Positions 1 through 9,313 of a DNA stretch of 39,629 bases are shown one piece after another (position 1 is the stretch's first letter; every line of letters begins with the position of its first letter). The DNA comes from Clostridia bacterium. Lineage in GTDB: Bacteria > Bacillota > Clostridia > Oscillospirales > CAG-382. The stretch covers positions 1-39,629 of the forward strand of contig JAGBWF010000119.1 of the NCBI GenBank assembly GCA_017629895.1, written 5' to 3'. The notes beneath the pieces are model-generated. The model ran no database searches. It saw nothing but the letters and a program-made list of their open reading frames with translations, and was not told where the DNA came from. Both the position numbers and the translations under genes were made by a program.

Positions 1-69
1 ATATACAAAAAAAATACAAGAGGTTTTTGTTTTTTTTACAATTAAAATCCTAAATCGCTTGCATTTCGG

Positions 70-98
70 TTGACTGTATAGATTTTTTATGTTAAAAT
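70..98 (+). promoter_or_regulatory. Sigma-A type promoter upstream of ruvC: TTGACT, 17-nt spacer, TAAAAT, with TGt extended -10
   Basis: ttgact at 70-75, 17-nt spacer, taaaat at 93-98, TG at 90-91. It lies about 28 nt upstream of the ruvC ATG. Confidence 0.5.
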
Positions 99-125
99 AT
101 ACTGATTAATTATAAGGAGAGGTCT

Positions 126-602
126 ATGCTCATATTAGGTATCGACCCCGGACTCGCAACTATCGGCTTCGGGTTGGTTATGAAAAACGGCGAAAAGTAC
201 CGCGCACTCGAATACGGCGCGATAACGACCGCTCCCAAACAGATGATCGAAAAGCGGCTTGCCGAAATATACGATTCGATGCTTGAAATACTAACGAAAT
301 ACAAGCCCGACTGTATGGCTATCGAGGAAATTTTCTTCAACAACAACATCACGACGGCTATCGACGTTTCGATGGCGAGAGGGGTTATCCTGCTTGCCGC
401 GCAAAAATGCGGTGTCGATATCTACGAATACACTCCGCTCGAGGTAAAAAGCTCGGTAGTCGGCTACGGCAGAGCCGAAAAGCAGCAAATTCAGTATATG
501 GTCCGTCTTTTGCTCGGACTGAACGAAACCCCCAAGCCCGATGACACGGCAGACGCGCTCGCGCTGGCGCTGTGCCACGGAATGAGAATCAACGGCTATT
601 AA
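126..602 (+). CDS. ruvC: Crossover junction endodeoxyribonuclease RuvC
   Basis: The N-terminus MLILGIDPGLATIGFGLV is the RuvC catalytic Asp motif. 158 aa, RBS aaggagag, followed by ruvA and ruvB. Confidence 0.93.
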   Translation: MLILGIDPGLATIGFGLVMKNGEKYRALEYGAITTAPKQMIEKRLAEIYDSMLEILTKYKPDCMAIEEIFFNNNITTAIDVSMARGVILLAAQKCGVDIYEYTPLEVKSSVVGYGRAEKQQIQYMVRLLLGLNETPKPDDTADALALALCHGMRINGY

Positions 603-614
603 GGAGGCGCGGAA

Positions 615-1211
615 ATGATACATTTTATCCACGGAACGCTCGCATCGCTCACGGCGGAGCACGCGGTTATCGATTGCGGCGGCGTCGGCTTCAAGCTCGG
701 CATATCCATCGCCACAAGCTCTAAGCTTTCGATGAAAAACGGCAAGGACGTGCTCCTTTATACCTATATGGCTGTGAGCGAGGACAACATTTCGCTTTAC
801 GGCTTTTCCGACGAGGACGAGCTCAGCCTCTTCACGCGTCTTATATCGGTTTCCGGCATCGGACCGAAGGCGGGCATTTCGATACTCGGAACGCTTTCTC
901 CCGACGATCTCCGCTCGGCTATCGCGAACAATGACGCCAAAACCATCGCACAGGCGCAGGGCGTCGGGCTCAAAACCGCTCAAAAGCTTATTATCGAGCT
1001 GAAGGACAAGATCTCGCTCGACGATATTTCGGCACCTGCCGCAAGCTCGGGCAGTGCAAACGGCGAAAAGATACAGCAGGTCGTCGATACCCTTACCCTC
1101 TACGGCTTTCAGCGCGGAAAGGTTATCGAGGTGCTCAAAAAGCTCGATACGAGCCTTCCTCTCGAGGAGCTTATATCGCAAACGCTCCGTATTCTCGGAA
1201 AGGAGATATAA
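615..1211 (+). CDS. ruvA: Holliday junction branch migration complex subunit RuvA
   Basis: MIHFIHGTL...VIDCGGVGFKL N-terminal OB fold and HhH region SVSGIGPKAGISIL. 198 aa, lying between ruvC and ruvB. Confidence 0.92.
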   Translation: MIHFIHGTLASLTAEHAVIDCGGVGFKLGISIATSSKLSMKNGKDVLLYTYMAVSEDNISLYGFSDEDELSLFTRLISVSGIGPKAGISILGTLSPDDLRSAIANNDAKTIAQAQGVGLKTAQKLIIELKDKISLDDISAPAASSGSANGEKIQQVVDTLTLYGFQRGKVIEVLKKLDTSLPLEELISQTLRILGKEI

Positions 1212-1217
1212 TCCCGA

Positions 1218-2300
1218 ATGCCTATAAATTCCAAAATTCCCGACTATAACGAGGATTTCGATTTCGAAAGCCGCATTACCGGCTCGGAATATTCGGCAGG
1301 CGATGACGATAACGAATTTTCGCTCCGTCCGAAGACCCTTTCGGAATACGTCGGACAAAAAAAGGTAAAGGATAACCTTTCGGTATTTATAAAGGCAGCC
1401 GCCGCAAGAGGCGACAGCCTTGACCACGTTTTGCTTCACGGCCCTCCCGGCTTGGGCAAAACCACGCTTTCCTGCATTATTGCAAGCGAGCTCGGAGTAA
1501 ATTTAAAGATCACGAGCGGCCCCGCTATCGAAAAAACGGGCGATCTCTGTGCCCTTCTCACCACGCTCGAGCGCAACGATATACTTTTTATCGACGAAAT
1601 ACACCGCCTGCCCCGTCAGGTCGAGGAGGTGCTCTATCCCGCGATGGAGGATTTCTCGCTCGATCTTATGACAGGCAAGGGGCCTGCGGCGCGCTCGATA
1701 CGCATACCCTTAAAGCCCTTTACGCTTATCGGCGCGACCACGAGAGCGGGACAGCTTTCCTCTCCCCTGCGCGACAGATTCGGTATGCTTTTCAGATTGG
1801 AGCTCTATTCTCCCGAGGAGCTTGCGCTCATTATCACACGCTCGGCAGGTATTCTCGGTATTCCCATAACCGCCGACGGTGCTTATGAGATCGCGCTCCG
1901 CTCGAGAGGCACCCCGCGTATCGCAAACCGCTTCCTTAAGCGCGTACGCGATTTCGCGATCGTTCAGGGCAACGGAGTTATAGATTTTCATATCACGAGA
2001 ACCGCGCTCGATGCGCTCGAGGTCGATGCTCTCGGTCTCGATTCGGTTGACAGAAGAATGCTTTCTGCGATAATCAAGCATTTCGGCGGCGGACCCGTCG
2101 GTCTTGAAACGCTTGCCGCGGTTATCGGCGAGGAGGCGGTAACGCTCGAGGACGTATACGAGCCCTACCTGCTTCAGCTCGGCTTTCTTAACCGCACACC
2201 GCGCGGAAGATGCGCAACCGCGGGAGCATACCGCCATCTCGGGCTCGACGTTCCGAGCGGTATTGCCGATCAGGTAAGCTTCAGCGACAATGATATTTAA
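1218..2300 (+). CDS. ruvB: Holliday junction DNA helicase RuvB (AAA+)
   Basis: [12 protein letters not shown], Walker [10 protein letters not shown], Walker [10 protein letters not shown], sensor GATTRAG, and C-terminal [17 protein letters not shown]. Confidence 0.96.
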   Translation: MPINSKIPDYNEDFDFESRITGSEYSAGDDDNEFSLRPKTLSEYVGQKKVKDNLSVFIKAAAARGDSLDHVLLHGPPGLGKTTLSCIIASELGVNLKITSGPAIEKTGDLCALLTTLERNDILFIDEIHRLPRQVEEVLYPAMEDFSLDLMTGKGPAARSIRIPLKPFTLIGATTRAGQLSSPLRDRFGMLFRLELYSPEELALIITRSAGILGIPITADGAYEIALRSRGTPRIANRFLKRVRDFAIVQGNGVIDFHITRTALDALEVDALGLDSVDRRMLSAIIKHFGGGPVGLETLAAVIGEEAVTLEDVYEPYLLQLGFLNRTPRGRCATAGAYRHLGLDVPSGIADQVSFSDNDI

Positions 2301-2314
2301 CACACGGAGGAAAT

Positions 2315-3172
2315 ATGTACTCTGCAAATAATTGGAAGGAATACCGTCTGCTCGACGCAAACGGCGGAGAAAGGCTCGAAAAATGGGGTGAATACACCCT
2401 TATCCGTCCCGACCCGCAGGTTATCTGGAGCGGCGAACGCAATCTGAGCGGCTGGAAAAAAGCGGACGGAATATACAGACGCTCCCGCTCGGGCGGCGGC
2501 GAATGGATAAAAAAGGACGTGCCTGAGGAATGGATAATCTCCTACGGCGATCTTAAATTCAGCATTTCGGCAATGGGATTTAAGCACACGGGGCTCTTTC
2601 CCGAGCAGGCGGCGAACTGGGATTGGTTCACCAAGCTTATAAAAAACAGCGGCCGCGAAATAAAGCTTCTTAACCTTTTTGCGTATACCGGCGGTGCGAG
2701 CGTTGCCGCGGCAAAGGCGGGCGCCTTCGTATGCCACGTCGATGCGAGCAAGGGCATTATCGCAAAGGCAAAGCGCAACGCCGAGCTTTCGGAGATCCCC
2801 CAGAACAAGATAAGATATATCGTCGACGATGCATTTAAATTCGTCGCACGCGAAATAAGACGCGGAAACAAATACGATGCGGTCATTCTCGATCCCCCAT
2901 CCTTCGGGCGCGGTCCGGGCGGAGAAAAATGGGTTATCGAGGAATGTCTCGACGAGCTTGTCGGGCTTGTGTGTCAGGTCCTTTCGGACGAGCCGCTGTT
3001 CGTACTGCTTAATTCCTATACCACAGGGCTTTCCCCCGCGGCAAACGGATACGTCCTCCGCAAGCACACCAAGCGCTTCGGCGGAAGCGTCGAAAGCCAA
3101 GAAATCGGCATCCCCGTCGAATCGAGCGGAGAAATTCTCCCCTGCGGTGCGGCGAGCAGGTGGACACCGTGA
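2315..3172 (+). CDS. Class I SAM-dependent methyltransferase (RlmI/YwbD-like Methyltrans_SAM fold; substrate unknown)
   Basis: Motif I LLNLFAYTGGASVAAAKAGA, VCHVDASK, and motif IV-like AVILDPPSFGRG. RBS ggagga. Only 14 nt after ruvB. Confidence 0.75.
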   Translation: MYSANNWKEYRLLDANGGERLEKWGEYTLIRPDPQVIWSGERNLSGWKKADGIYRRSRSGGGEWIKKDVPEEWIISYGDLKFSISAMGFKHTGLFPEQAANWDWFTKLIKNSGREIKLLNLFAYTGGASVAAAKAGAFVCHVDASKGIIAKAKRNAELSEIPQNKIRYIVDDAFKFVAREIRRGNKYDAVILDPPSFGRGPGGEKWVIEECLDELVGLVCQVLSDEPLFVLLNSYTTGLSPAANGYVLRKHTKRFGGSVESQEIGIPVESSGEILPCGAASRWTP

Positions 3173-3305
3173 CGCTTCGCTTTCGACACAAAATGCTTCG
3201 CATTTTGGTCGGTTAAGGATTTGTGAACGCCGTTCGCTCGCGCAGCATTTGTGCGCGCCTGCGGCTTGTCCAAATGCTCGGCGTTCATAGGTGTATTTTT
3301 CGACG

Positions 3306-3423
3306 CGCATGTCGCCGAAAAATACAAGGTTCCATTGTAAAAACGCGTTGCGTTTTGAAGTACGGCTCGCATGTCGCCGAAAAATACAAGATTTCATTGT
3401 AAAAACGCAAAGCGTTTTGAAGT
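3306..3423. repeat. Tandem direct repeat of two 56-nt units with 62-bp period, each carrying a 7+7 palindrome AAAACGC-N3-GCGTTTT
   Basis: Copies at 3306-3361 and 3368-3423 match at 51 of 56 positions. Three of the five differences fall in the 3-nt loop of the palindrome, so the stems are preserved. Confidence 0.85.
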
Positions 3424-3457
3424 GTTTTTAAGTTTTTATTGAGTTATAGGTAAAGTA

Positions 3458-4303
3458 ATGTCGTTTATTGAAGCAAGAGGCGTCGAGTTTGCATATTCGC
3501 CCGACGAGGAAAAGGTAATAAATAATATCGACCTGAAGATCGAAAAGGGCAGCTACGTTGCCATTCTCGGTCATAACGGCTGCGGAAAAAGCACTCTGGC
3601 GAAGCTTTTGTGCGGTATCCTTGTGCCGACCGAGGGGCAGATCCTTATCGACGGCGCAGACACTGCCGACGAGGAAAAGAGCTTTGAAATACGCAAAAAG
3701 TGCGGTATGGTCTTTCAGAACCCCGACAACCAGCTTGTTGCAAGCGTTGTCGAGGAGGACGTCGCCTTTGCGCCCGAAAATCTCGGTCTGCCGAGGGAAG
3801 AAATCCGCAGAAGAGTCGACAAGGCGCTCGAAACCGTCGATATGACCGAATACGCAAAGCACGCGACCTATAAGCTTTCGGGCGGACAAAAGCAAAGAAT
3901 CGCTATCGCAGGGATGCTCGCGATGAGCCCCGAATGTATCGTTTTCGACGAGGCAACCGCGATGCTCGACCCTACGGGCAGAAAAGAAATCGTTGCCGCG
4001 ATGAAAAAGCTCAACTCCGAAATCGGAATTACCGTGGTTACGATCACCCATTATATGAACGAGGCTGTCGAGGCGGACAGAATAATCGTTATGAACAGGG
4101 GCGAAATAATCGCCGACGGCACTCCGAAGGAGATATTTTCCGAGGTTGAAAGGCTTCAGTCGGTTTCGCTTGCGGTTCCGCAGGTTACCGAGCTGATGTA
4201 TCTGCTTGAGCAGGACGGACACGCGCTTCCCCGCGGCGTACTGCACGCTATGGAGGCGGCAGACGTGCTCGAGGCCTTTATCAAGGAGGCAAAAAATGGC
4301 TAA
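3458..4303 (+). CDS. ecfA1: Energy-coupling factor (ECF) transporter ATPase EcfA1
   Basis: Walker A GHNGCGKST, signature LSGGQKQR, Walker B IVFDEATAMLDP, and the ECF-type C-terminal helix. Followed by ecfA2 and ecfT. Confidence 0.93.
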   Translation: MSFIEARGVEFAYSPDEEKVINNIDLKIEKGSYVAILGHNGCGKSTLAKLLCGILVPTEGQILIDGADTADEEKSFEIRKKCGMVFQNPDNQLVASVVEEDVAFAPENLGLPREEIRRRVDKALETVDMTEYAKHATYKLSGGQKQRIAIAGMLAMSPECIVFDEATAMLDPTGRKEIVAAMKKLNSEIGITVVTITHYMNEAVEADRIIVMNRGEIIADGTPKEIFSEVERLQSVSLAVPQVTELMYLLEQDGHALPRGVLHAMEAADVLEAFIKEAKNG

Positions 4304-5150
4304 CGCGCTCGAGATAAAGAATATAAGCGTTATCTACGGCGAGGGCACGCCCTTTCGCAAGGCGGCGCTTAAAAATATCAGCACCGCGTTTCCCCAAGGC
4401 GAGATAACCGGCATTATCGGTCATACCGGAAGCGGAAAAAGCACGCTCGCATCGCTTTTGAACGGACTTTCGAAGGCGACCGAGGGCGAGGTTCTGCTTT
4501 TCGGCGAAAACATCTGGGCGAAGCCGAAGGAAATGAAAAAAATAAGAAGCCGTGTCGGTCTGGTGTTCCAATATCCCGAATATCAGCTTTTCGACGAAAC
4601 GGTGGAATCGGATATCGCGTTCGGACCGAAAAATATCGGTCTCGACGCCGAGGAAATAAAAAGCAGAGTTCGGCTTGCCGCGGAATTCTGCGGATTGAGC
4701 GAAAAGGAGCTGAAGCGCTCCCCCTTCGAGCTTTCGGGCGGACAAAAGCGCAGAGCCGCAATCGCGGGCGTGCTTGCAATGCGCCCCGAAATAATCGTGC
4801 TCGACGAGCCGGCGGCAGGACTCGACCCGAAGGGACGCGAGGAAATTCTTTCGGGCTTGGTCGAATATAAAAACCGATACGGTGCGACGCTTATTATCAT
4901 TTCGCACAGTATGGAGGATATCGCAAAATACGCCGACAGAATACTCGTTATGAAGGACGGCGAAATATATATGCAGGGCACGGTCGAGGAAATTTTCATC
5001 CAAGCCGAAAGGCTTTTCGATGCAAAGCTCGATCTGCCTCAGATAACCAAGCTCTTTATCGAGCTTAAAAAACGCGGTCTCTGCGAAAGCACCGACGTTT
5101 ATACCGTCGGATACGCCAAAAAGGAGATCCAAAAAAACATCACGAAATAG
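4296..5150 (+). CDS. ecfA2: ECF transporter ATPase EcfA2
   Basis: I chose the start ATG at 4296 (MANALEIKNISV) with RBS aaggagg at 4283-4289, overlapping the ecfA1 stop. Walker A GHTGSGKST, LSGGQKRR, IVLDEPAAGLDP. The longer ORF from 4206 lies out of frame inside the ecfA1 coding sequence. Confidence 0.92.
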   Translation: MANALEIKNISVIYGEGTPFRKAALKNISTAFPQGEITGIIGHTGSGKSTLASLLNGLSKATEGEVLLFGENIWAKPKEMKKIRSRVGLVFQYPEYQLFDETVESDIAFGPKNIGLDAEEIKSRVRLAAEFCGLSEKELKRSPFELSGGQKRRAAIAGVLAMRPEIIVLDEPAAGLDPKGREEILSGLVEYKNRYGATLIIISHSMEDIAKYADRILVMKDGEIYMQGTVEEIFIQAERLFDAKLDLPQITKLFIELKKRGLCESTDVYTVGYAKKEIQKNITK

Positions 5151-5164
5151 CTATCGAGGCAAAA

Positions 5165-6010
5165 ATGCTTAAGGACGTTACCTTCGGTCAGTATTATCCC
5201 GGAAATTCGTTGCTTCACCGCACCGATCCGAGAATAAAAATGCTGATATTAATTGAATATCTCGTGCTCGTGCTCGTTGCAAAGAGCGAGCTTGCGGCGC
5301 TGATATCGCTTGCCTTTACCGCCTTTCTTATCGCGGTATCGGGCGTTCGGCTCAGAGTGCTTATAAAATCCGTAAAGCCTTTGATCTTCGTTCTTGCGTT
5401 CACGGCGATTATAAATCTGTTTTTCACCGTCGGCGAGGGCGAGCCGCTTATAGAATGGAGCTTTATTACCGTCTATTCAAGCGGTGTGCGCAACGCGGTT
5501 ATGATGCTTCTGCGCCTGCTTTCGCTCGTGCTCGGTACAAGCGTGCTTATTTCCTTCACAACGAGCCCGCTCGAGCTTACGGACGCGATAGAAGCGCTCC
5601 TTTCCCCGCTGAAGAAGATAAAGGTTCCCGTTCACGAATTTGCGATGATGATGTCTATCGCGCTTCGCTTTATCCCGACGCTTATCGAGGAAACCAACAA
5701 GATAATCTCGGCACAAAAAGCAAGATGCGCCGATTTCGAAAGCGGAAAGCTTTTAGAGCGTATAAAGGCGCTCATACCCATTCTTATCCCGCTTTTCGTT
5801 TCTGCGGTGCGTCGCGCAGAAGAGCTTGCCGATGCAATGGAATGCCGTTGCTATAACGGAGGCGAGGGCAGAACCAAGCTAAAGGCTATGAAATCGCGCC
5901 CGACCGATTATGTCTTTCTTTTCGCCGCAACGGTCGTAACCGTTGCCGTATTCCTCGCAAACAGGCTACAATTTTCGGAGATATTAACGCTATGCAAGGC
6001 TATATTCTGA
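5165..6010 (+). CDS. ecfT: ECF transporter transmembrane component EcfT
   Basis: Polytopic membrane protein with LHRTDPRIK and the coupling-helix region ALRFIPTLIEE...ARxxR that is typical of CbiQ/EcfT. Confidence 0.9.
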   Translation: MLKDVTFGQYYPGNSLLHRTDPRIKMLILIEYLVLVLVAKSELAALISLAFTAFLIAVSGVRLRVLIKSVKPLIFVLAFTAIINLFFTVGEGEPLIEWSFITVYSSGVRNAVMMLLRLLSLVLGTSVLISFTTSPLELTDAIEALLSPLKKIKVPVHEFAMMMSIALRFIPTLIEETNKIISAQKARCADFESGKLLERIKALIPILIPLFVSAVRRAEELADAMECRCYNGGEGRTKLKAMKSRPTDYVFLFAATVVTVAVFLANRLQFSEILTLCKAIF

Positions 6011-6726
6011 AAATAGCATATAAGGGCACCGCCTATTGCGGCTGGCAGGTACAGCCCGATAAGCCGACCGTGCAAGCAACTCTGCAAAACGCGATCGAAA
6101 CGGCTTTCGGCGTAAAAACCGAGCTGACCGGCTGCAGCAGGACAGATTCGGGCGTGCACGCCCACGGCTTCGTTGCGCTCGTTCGCGGCGAGCTTCCCGA
6201 TATTCCGCCCGAATCCTTCGTTCTGGCGGTAAACACAAAGCTCCCGCCCGATATTTCTCTGCTTTCGGCAAAGGCGGCACCCGTTGACTTTCACCCGCGC
6301 TACGATGCCAAGGGCAAGGAATACATCTATACGATTCATAACTCGAAAATAAGAGATCCCTTTTCGGAGGAAACGGCATGGCAGTTTCCCCGCCGTATCG
6401 ACGAAGCCCTTGCCGATTCGATGTGCCGCGATTTTGTCGGCAGGCACGATTTCCGCGCATTTATGGCGGCGGGCTCGAAGATAACCGATACCGTGCGCGA
6501 AATCAAATATTTCGAATGCACGCGTGAGGGCGACAAGGTAATATTCAGAGTCGCGGCGGACGGATTTCTATATAATATGGTAAGAATAATGGTCGGCACG
6601 GTTGCCGAGGCGGCATCGGGAACGAAAACGATGCCGATAAAGGAAATCCTTCTTTCGAAGGACAGAGCAAACGCGGGCATTACCGCCCCTGCAAAGGGCT
6701 TGGCTCTGAACGAGGTATTTTATTAA
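5992..6726 (+). CDS. truA: tRNA pseudouridine(38-40) synthase TruA
   Basis: YKGTAYCGWQVQP and the catalytic GCSRTDSGVHA motif. Canonical position downstream of ecfT, overlapping it by 19 nt. Confidence 0.93.
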   Translation: MQGYILKIAYKGTAYCGWQVQPDKPTVQATLQNAIETAFGVKTELTGCSRTDSGVHAHGFVALVRGELPDIPPESFVLAVNTKLPPDISLLSAKAAPVDFHPRYDAKGKEYIYTIHNSKIRDPFSEETAWQFPRRIDEALADSMCRDFVGRHDFRAFMAAGSKITDTVREIKYFECTREGDKVIFRVAADGFLYNMVRIMVGTVAEAASGTKTMPIKEILLSKDRANAGITAPAKGLALNEVFY

Positions 6727-6748
6727 AATTTCGGAACAGGAGGCAGAA

Positions 6749-7978
6749 ATGGGCGCTTTTTCGGTGTTCAAAAAGAAAAAATCGAATAATTCCAAGCAGC
6801 AGACCCCGACCGTCGAAGCGCACTATATGAAGCTTGCTCGGCGTGCCTCGCTTTTGCGCTATACCGTGCTCGTGCTTATCGTGCTTTTTGCGGTATACTC
6901 CTTCTCGTTCCATTCGAGCGAAATTACCGTCGATAATTTCGAATATATGATGAAATTCTTAAACGTCGGCGAGGATACCGAGGTTCGCGAAAACACGGTT
7001 ATCGCCTTCGACGGAAGCAAAGGAAACCGCGGCATTATATATAAGGGCGACCTTGCCGTGCTGAACGAAAACGGACTTACCGTTACGGGATGGGACGGCG
7101 ACGTTATCCTTCGCGAAACCTTTTCCTTCGACCACCCCAAAATGATAGAAAACGGAATCAACGTTTTCTGCTACGACCTCGGGGGCAAAGAGCTGAGAAT
7201 CTTTAATTCCTATTCACAGCTCCAAAGGACCTCCTACGATTATCCGATACGCTGGCTGTCCGCCGCGGCGAGCGGAGAATACGCGATCGTCAGCTCGGCG
7301 AAGGGATATCGCTCGGCGGTATACGTGTACGACAAGGAATTCCGCCTGATATTCAGCCGACTTTTCGGCGATAAATACGTGGATTTCGTCGCCATTTCTC
7401 CAAACGGACAAGAATTTATCACCGCGGCGCACTACTCGAAAAACGGAAACCTTATCACACAGCTTTCGAAATTCTCGACAACCTCCGCCGATGCCCTTTT
7501 CACGCAGGAATTCATAGGCGAGATACCGCTCGGCATATATTACACAAGCGAGGGCTGCTGTCTGCTCACCACCGATAAGATGCGTTATATGAGCAATAAC
7601 AACGAAATCGTTTCGGAAACGGCATTCGGCGAAAGAAAGCTGCTTTCGGGCAAGGTTTTCGGGAACCGCACGCTTGTGAACTATGCGCTCGAGGGACTTT
7701 CGGGCGGCACCGAAACGGTTGTCTACCGCGCCGACGGAAGCGTTGAATTCCAAAAACGGTTCGCAACCTCGCTTTCCGACACGCTTATCTGCGAAAACAC
7801 GCTGTATACCCTCTCTCCCGGCACGCTGACGGTTTTCGATATGGCGAGCGGAGAGGAGCACACCTACTCAATACCCACCTCCTATTCGTCTCTCGTGCCG
7901 GACGGAAACGAGCTTATATTATTCTCGGAAAACCAAGCCGAATTTTTCAATCCCTCGGCTTATGAAGGAAAGGAATAA
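6749..7978 (+). CDS. Hypothetical membrane-anchored protein (DUF5711-like, probably a repeated beta-strand extracytoplasmic domain)
   Basis: Basic N-terminus, a single TM (LLRYTVLVLIVLFAVYSFSF), then about 340 aa rich in short beta-like repeats. Strong RBS aggagg. No catalytic motif recognised. Confidence 0.6.
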   Translation: MGAFSVFKKKKSNNSKQQTPTVEAHYMKLARRASLLRYTVLVLIVLFAVYSFSFHSSEITVDNFEYMMKFLNVGEDTEVRENTVIAFDGSKGNRGIIYKGDLAVLNENGLTVTGWDGDVILRETFSFDHPKMIENGINVFCYDLGGKELRIFNSYSQLQRTSYDYPIRWLSAAASGEYAIVSSAKGYRSAVYVYDKEFRLIFSRLFGDKYVDFVAISPNGQEFITAAHYSKNGNLITQLSKFSTTSADALFTQEFIGEIPLGIYYTSEGCCLLTTDKMRYMSNNNEIVSETAFGERKLLSGKVFGNRTLVNYALEGLSGGTETVVYRADGSVEFQKRFATSLSDTLICENTLYTLSPGTLTVFDMASGEEHTYSIPTSYSSLVPDGNELILFSENQAEFFNPSAYEGKE

Positions 7979-7983
7979 CGACA

Positions 7984-8727
7984 ATGACATTTTTGCTTGA
8001 TCTTATCATCATTGCAATCTTTGCAATTACCGTCTTTTTCGCCTACAAAAACGGCTTTGTAAAAACCGCGATAAGCGCGATATCCTTTATTCTCGCAATC
8101 GCGATAACCGCCGCCTTTGCCGCTCCGCTCGCCGATTATATAAAGAGCACCGAAATGGCGAGCGATATTAAGCTTACCGTTACCGAGGCGATCGGCAACA
8201 CTCTGCCCGACCAGCCCGAAGGAGCTGCGGATATCGACAGAGCGAAGATCGAGGAATACGTCGATTCCCACCCCGAAATTTTCGATATGCTTCCCGATTT
8301 TGTCGGCTTCGATAAGGAAACCCTGCTCGAATGGTATGATGAAGCCATGGCCGACAGCGACACCATCAAGAACAACGTCAAGGATAGCCTTGCCTCCAAG
8401 GCGGCAGACAAGATTTTGGATATCGTTGCGACCATCCTCGCGGTTATTATTCTCTTTATCTGCGCGCAGATACTTCTCGCGATCGTCGCCTTTATTCTCA
8501 ACCGTATTGTTTCGCTTCCCGTGCTCCGAACGGCAAACAAGGGACTAGGTGTCGCGCTCGGCGTAATTCTCGCCGTTTTGCGTATCTGTCTGTTCTGCTT
8601 CATTATGAATCTTATCATCAGCAACGCAGAATATCTCAACAGCGATTTTATCAACGGTCTTCAGCCCGAAAACACCCTCTTCTTCAAAATGTTCTCGAGC
8701 ATCGATATTTTCTCATTCTTTATCTGA
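7984..8727 (+). CDS. CvpA family membrane protein with a roughly 90-aa acidic insertion
   Basis: N-terminal LLDLIIIAIFAITVFFAYKNGFVKT is typical of CvpA/colicin V production family. Four predicted TMs. Acidic soluble insert between TM2 and TM3. Confidence 0.7.
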   Translation: MTFLLDLIIIAIFAITVFFAYKNGFVKTAISAISFILAIAITAAFAAPLADYIKSTEMASDIKLTVTEAIGNTLPDQPEGAADIDRAKIEEYVDSHPEIFDMLPDFVGFDKETLLEWYDEAMADSDTIKNNVKDSLASKAADKILDIVATILAVIILFICAQILLAIVAFILNRIVSLPVLRTANKGLGVALGVILAVLRICLFCFIMNLIISNAEYLNSDFINGLQPENTLFFKMFSSIDIFSFFI

Positions 8728-8763
8728 TAGAGCATAACGCGGCGTACAGCCGAAGAGGTCAAA

Positions 8764-9300
8764 ATGAAACACATCCCTAACATTCTTTCAACAATACGAC
8801 TTTTTGCGATACCCGTTTTCGTATACGCGTATTTCAATTTAAGCCCCTACGTTGCGGCGGTGATATACGTTGCCGCCTGGCTTACCGATGCGCTCGACGG
8901 ATATCTTGCACGCAGATTCAACTGGATAACCGATATCGGCAAGCTTCTCGATCCGCTTGCGGATAAGCTTATGCAGATAACGGCAGCCGTCTGCTTCACT
9001 ATCGATAACCTTCTCTTTCTCGCCGTTCTCATTCCGCTTCTTATAAAGGAGCTTGCGATGCTTGTCGGCGGAATGCTGGTAATAAAGCGTCAAAAGGTCG
9101 TTGCACAGGCGGTATGGTACGGCAAGCTCGCAACCGTGGTAATTTTTGTATCCGCGTTCGTGCGATTGCTTGTAAGAGACTGCCTTGCAGTCGATATAGC
9201 GGTATGCGCCGTTATACTGACAATGCTCGTTTTCTCCCTGCTTATGTATTATTTCAAGATTTTCAGGGGTAAATATAACGAAACCATTCGCAAACAATGA
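8764..9300 (+). CDS. pgsA: CDP-diacylglycerol--glycerol-3-phosphate 3-phosphatidyltransferase
   Basis: CDP-alcohol phosphatidyltransferase motif DALDGYLARRFNWITDIGKLLDPLADK. 178 aa, multi-TM. Confidence 0.88.
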   Translation: MKHIPNILSTIRLFAIPVFVYAYFNLSPYVAAVIYVAAWLTDALDGYLARRFNWITDIGKLLDPLADKLMQITAAVCFTIDNLLFLAVLIPLLIKELAMLVGGMLVIKRQKVVAQAVWYGKLATVVIFVSAFVRLLVRDCLAVDIAVCAVILTMLVFSLLMYYFKIFRGKYNETIRKQ

Positions 9301-9313
9301 GGTGATTATATAA

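Noticed and set aside
3016-3372. A 118-aa - strand ORF covering the structured intergenic region, and the + strand ORF at 2877-3290.
   Set aside because: Both overlap the 3' end of the methyltransferase gene in other frames, lack an RBS and have Arg/Ala/Ser-rich composition. The repeats and palindromes explain the sequence better than coding does.
4206-4295. A longer 314-aa version of the ecfA2 ORF starting at 4206.
   Set aside because: The extra 30 codons lie in another frame inside ecfA1 and give an Arg/Cys-rich, non-ABC sequence. ATG 4296 has a perfect aaggagg RBS and yields the canonical EcfA2 N-terminus.
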